IMG/VR virus record: IMGVR_UViG_3300050146_000027
Coordinates: 1 to 64,000 of that record
DNA: 64,000 nt
Reading direction: 5' to 3' (one strand)
Source of the DNA: a virus
Lineage: Duplodnaviria; Caudoviricetes
Shown here: positions 63,912 to 64,000 of the stretch, piece after piece
Numbering within the stretch: position 1 is the first letter of the stretch
How the letters are laid out: the number at the start of each line of letters is the position of its first letter
Position numbers and translations under genes: made by a program
The notes under the pieces: generated by a model
What the model saw: the letters and a program-made list of their open reading frames with translations, nothing else
What the model was told of the DNA's origin: nothing
Databases searched by the model: none

Positions 63912-64000
63912 ATTGTGTCCTCATTGAAGTTGATTGTGTTTCGCGGCACCAGGATGAGATAGTGTTCTTCCATGAGATCGCAAAACTTGTACCAATCGTT
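63908..64000 (-). CDS. partial CDS (3' end only)
   Basis: ...DWYKFCDLMEEHYLILVPRNTINFNEDTI* overlapping the Nudix ATG. Confidence 0.4.
   Translation of the reverse strand, partial: NDWYKFCDLMEEHYLILVPRNTINFNEDTI

Overview
The whole window is part of a lytic N4-like (Schitoviridae) phage genome, circularly permuted, with a Gram-negative host implied by spanins and sigma70-like promoters. Hallmarks: a ~3,500-aa virion RNA polymerase (40837-51417), a two-subunit RNAPII (12961-13776, 10617-11870), N4 gp1/gp2/gp14/gp17 homologues, the terminase-tail-portal-capsid block (20.7-40.7 kb, +) and the replication block (helicase, family A DNA polymerase, primase, SSB, resolvase; 51.9-63.2 kb, -). The collapsed genome end probably lies in the hairpin-rich gap at 18970-19630. 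Most notable oddities: (1) the DNA polymerase is split at an in-frame TGA that is followed by a terminator hairpin and a new RBS; (2) a three-domain protein (19631-20410) looks like a fusion of immune-signal 'sponge' modules; (3) an HNH endonuclease sits between a 15-codon relic and a rebuilt copy of the RNAP2 gene start; (4) the vRNAP promoter hairpins have GCA loops and the vRNAP loop-reading segment appears remodelled; (5) macrodomain-like, SLOG and DUF4326 genes cluster in the early region; (6) an inverted glycanase-tailspike/holin/endolysin cassette sits in the middle region while the nested spanins stay by the portal; (7) the gp57-like gene is frameshifted. No tRNA, rRNA or CRISPR array was found. 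All family assignments come from motif recognition by eye and from recalled N4 sequences; no database search was run.
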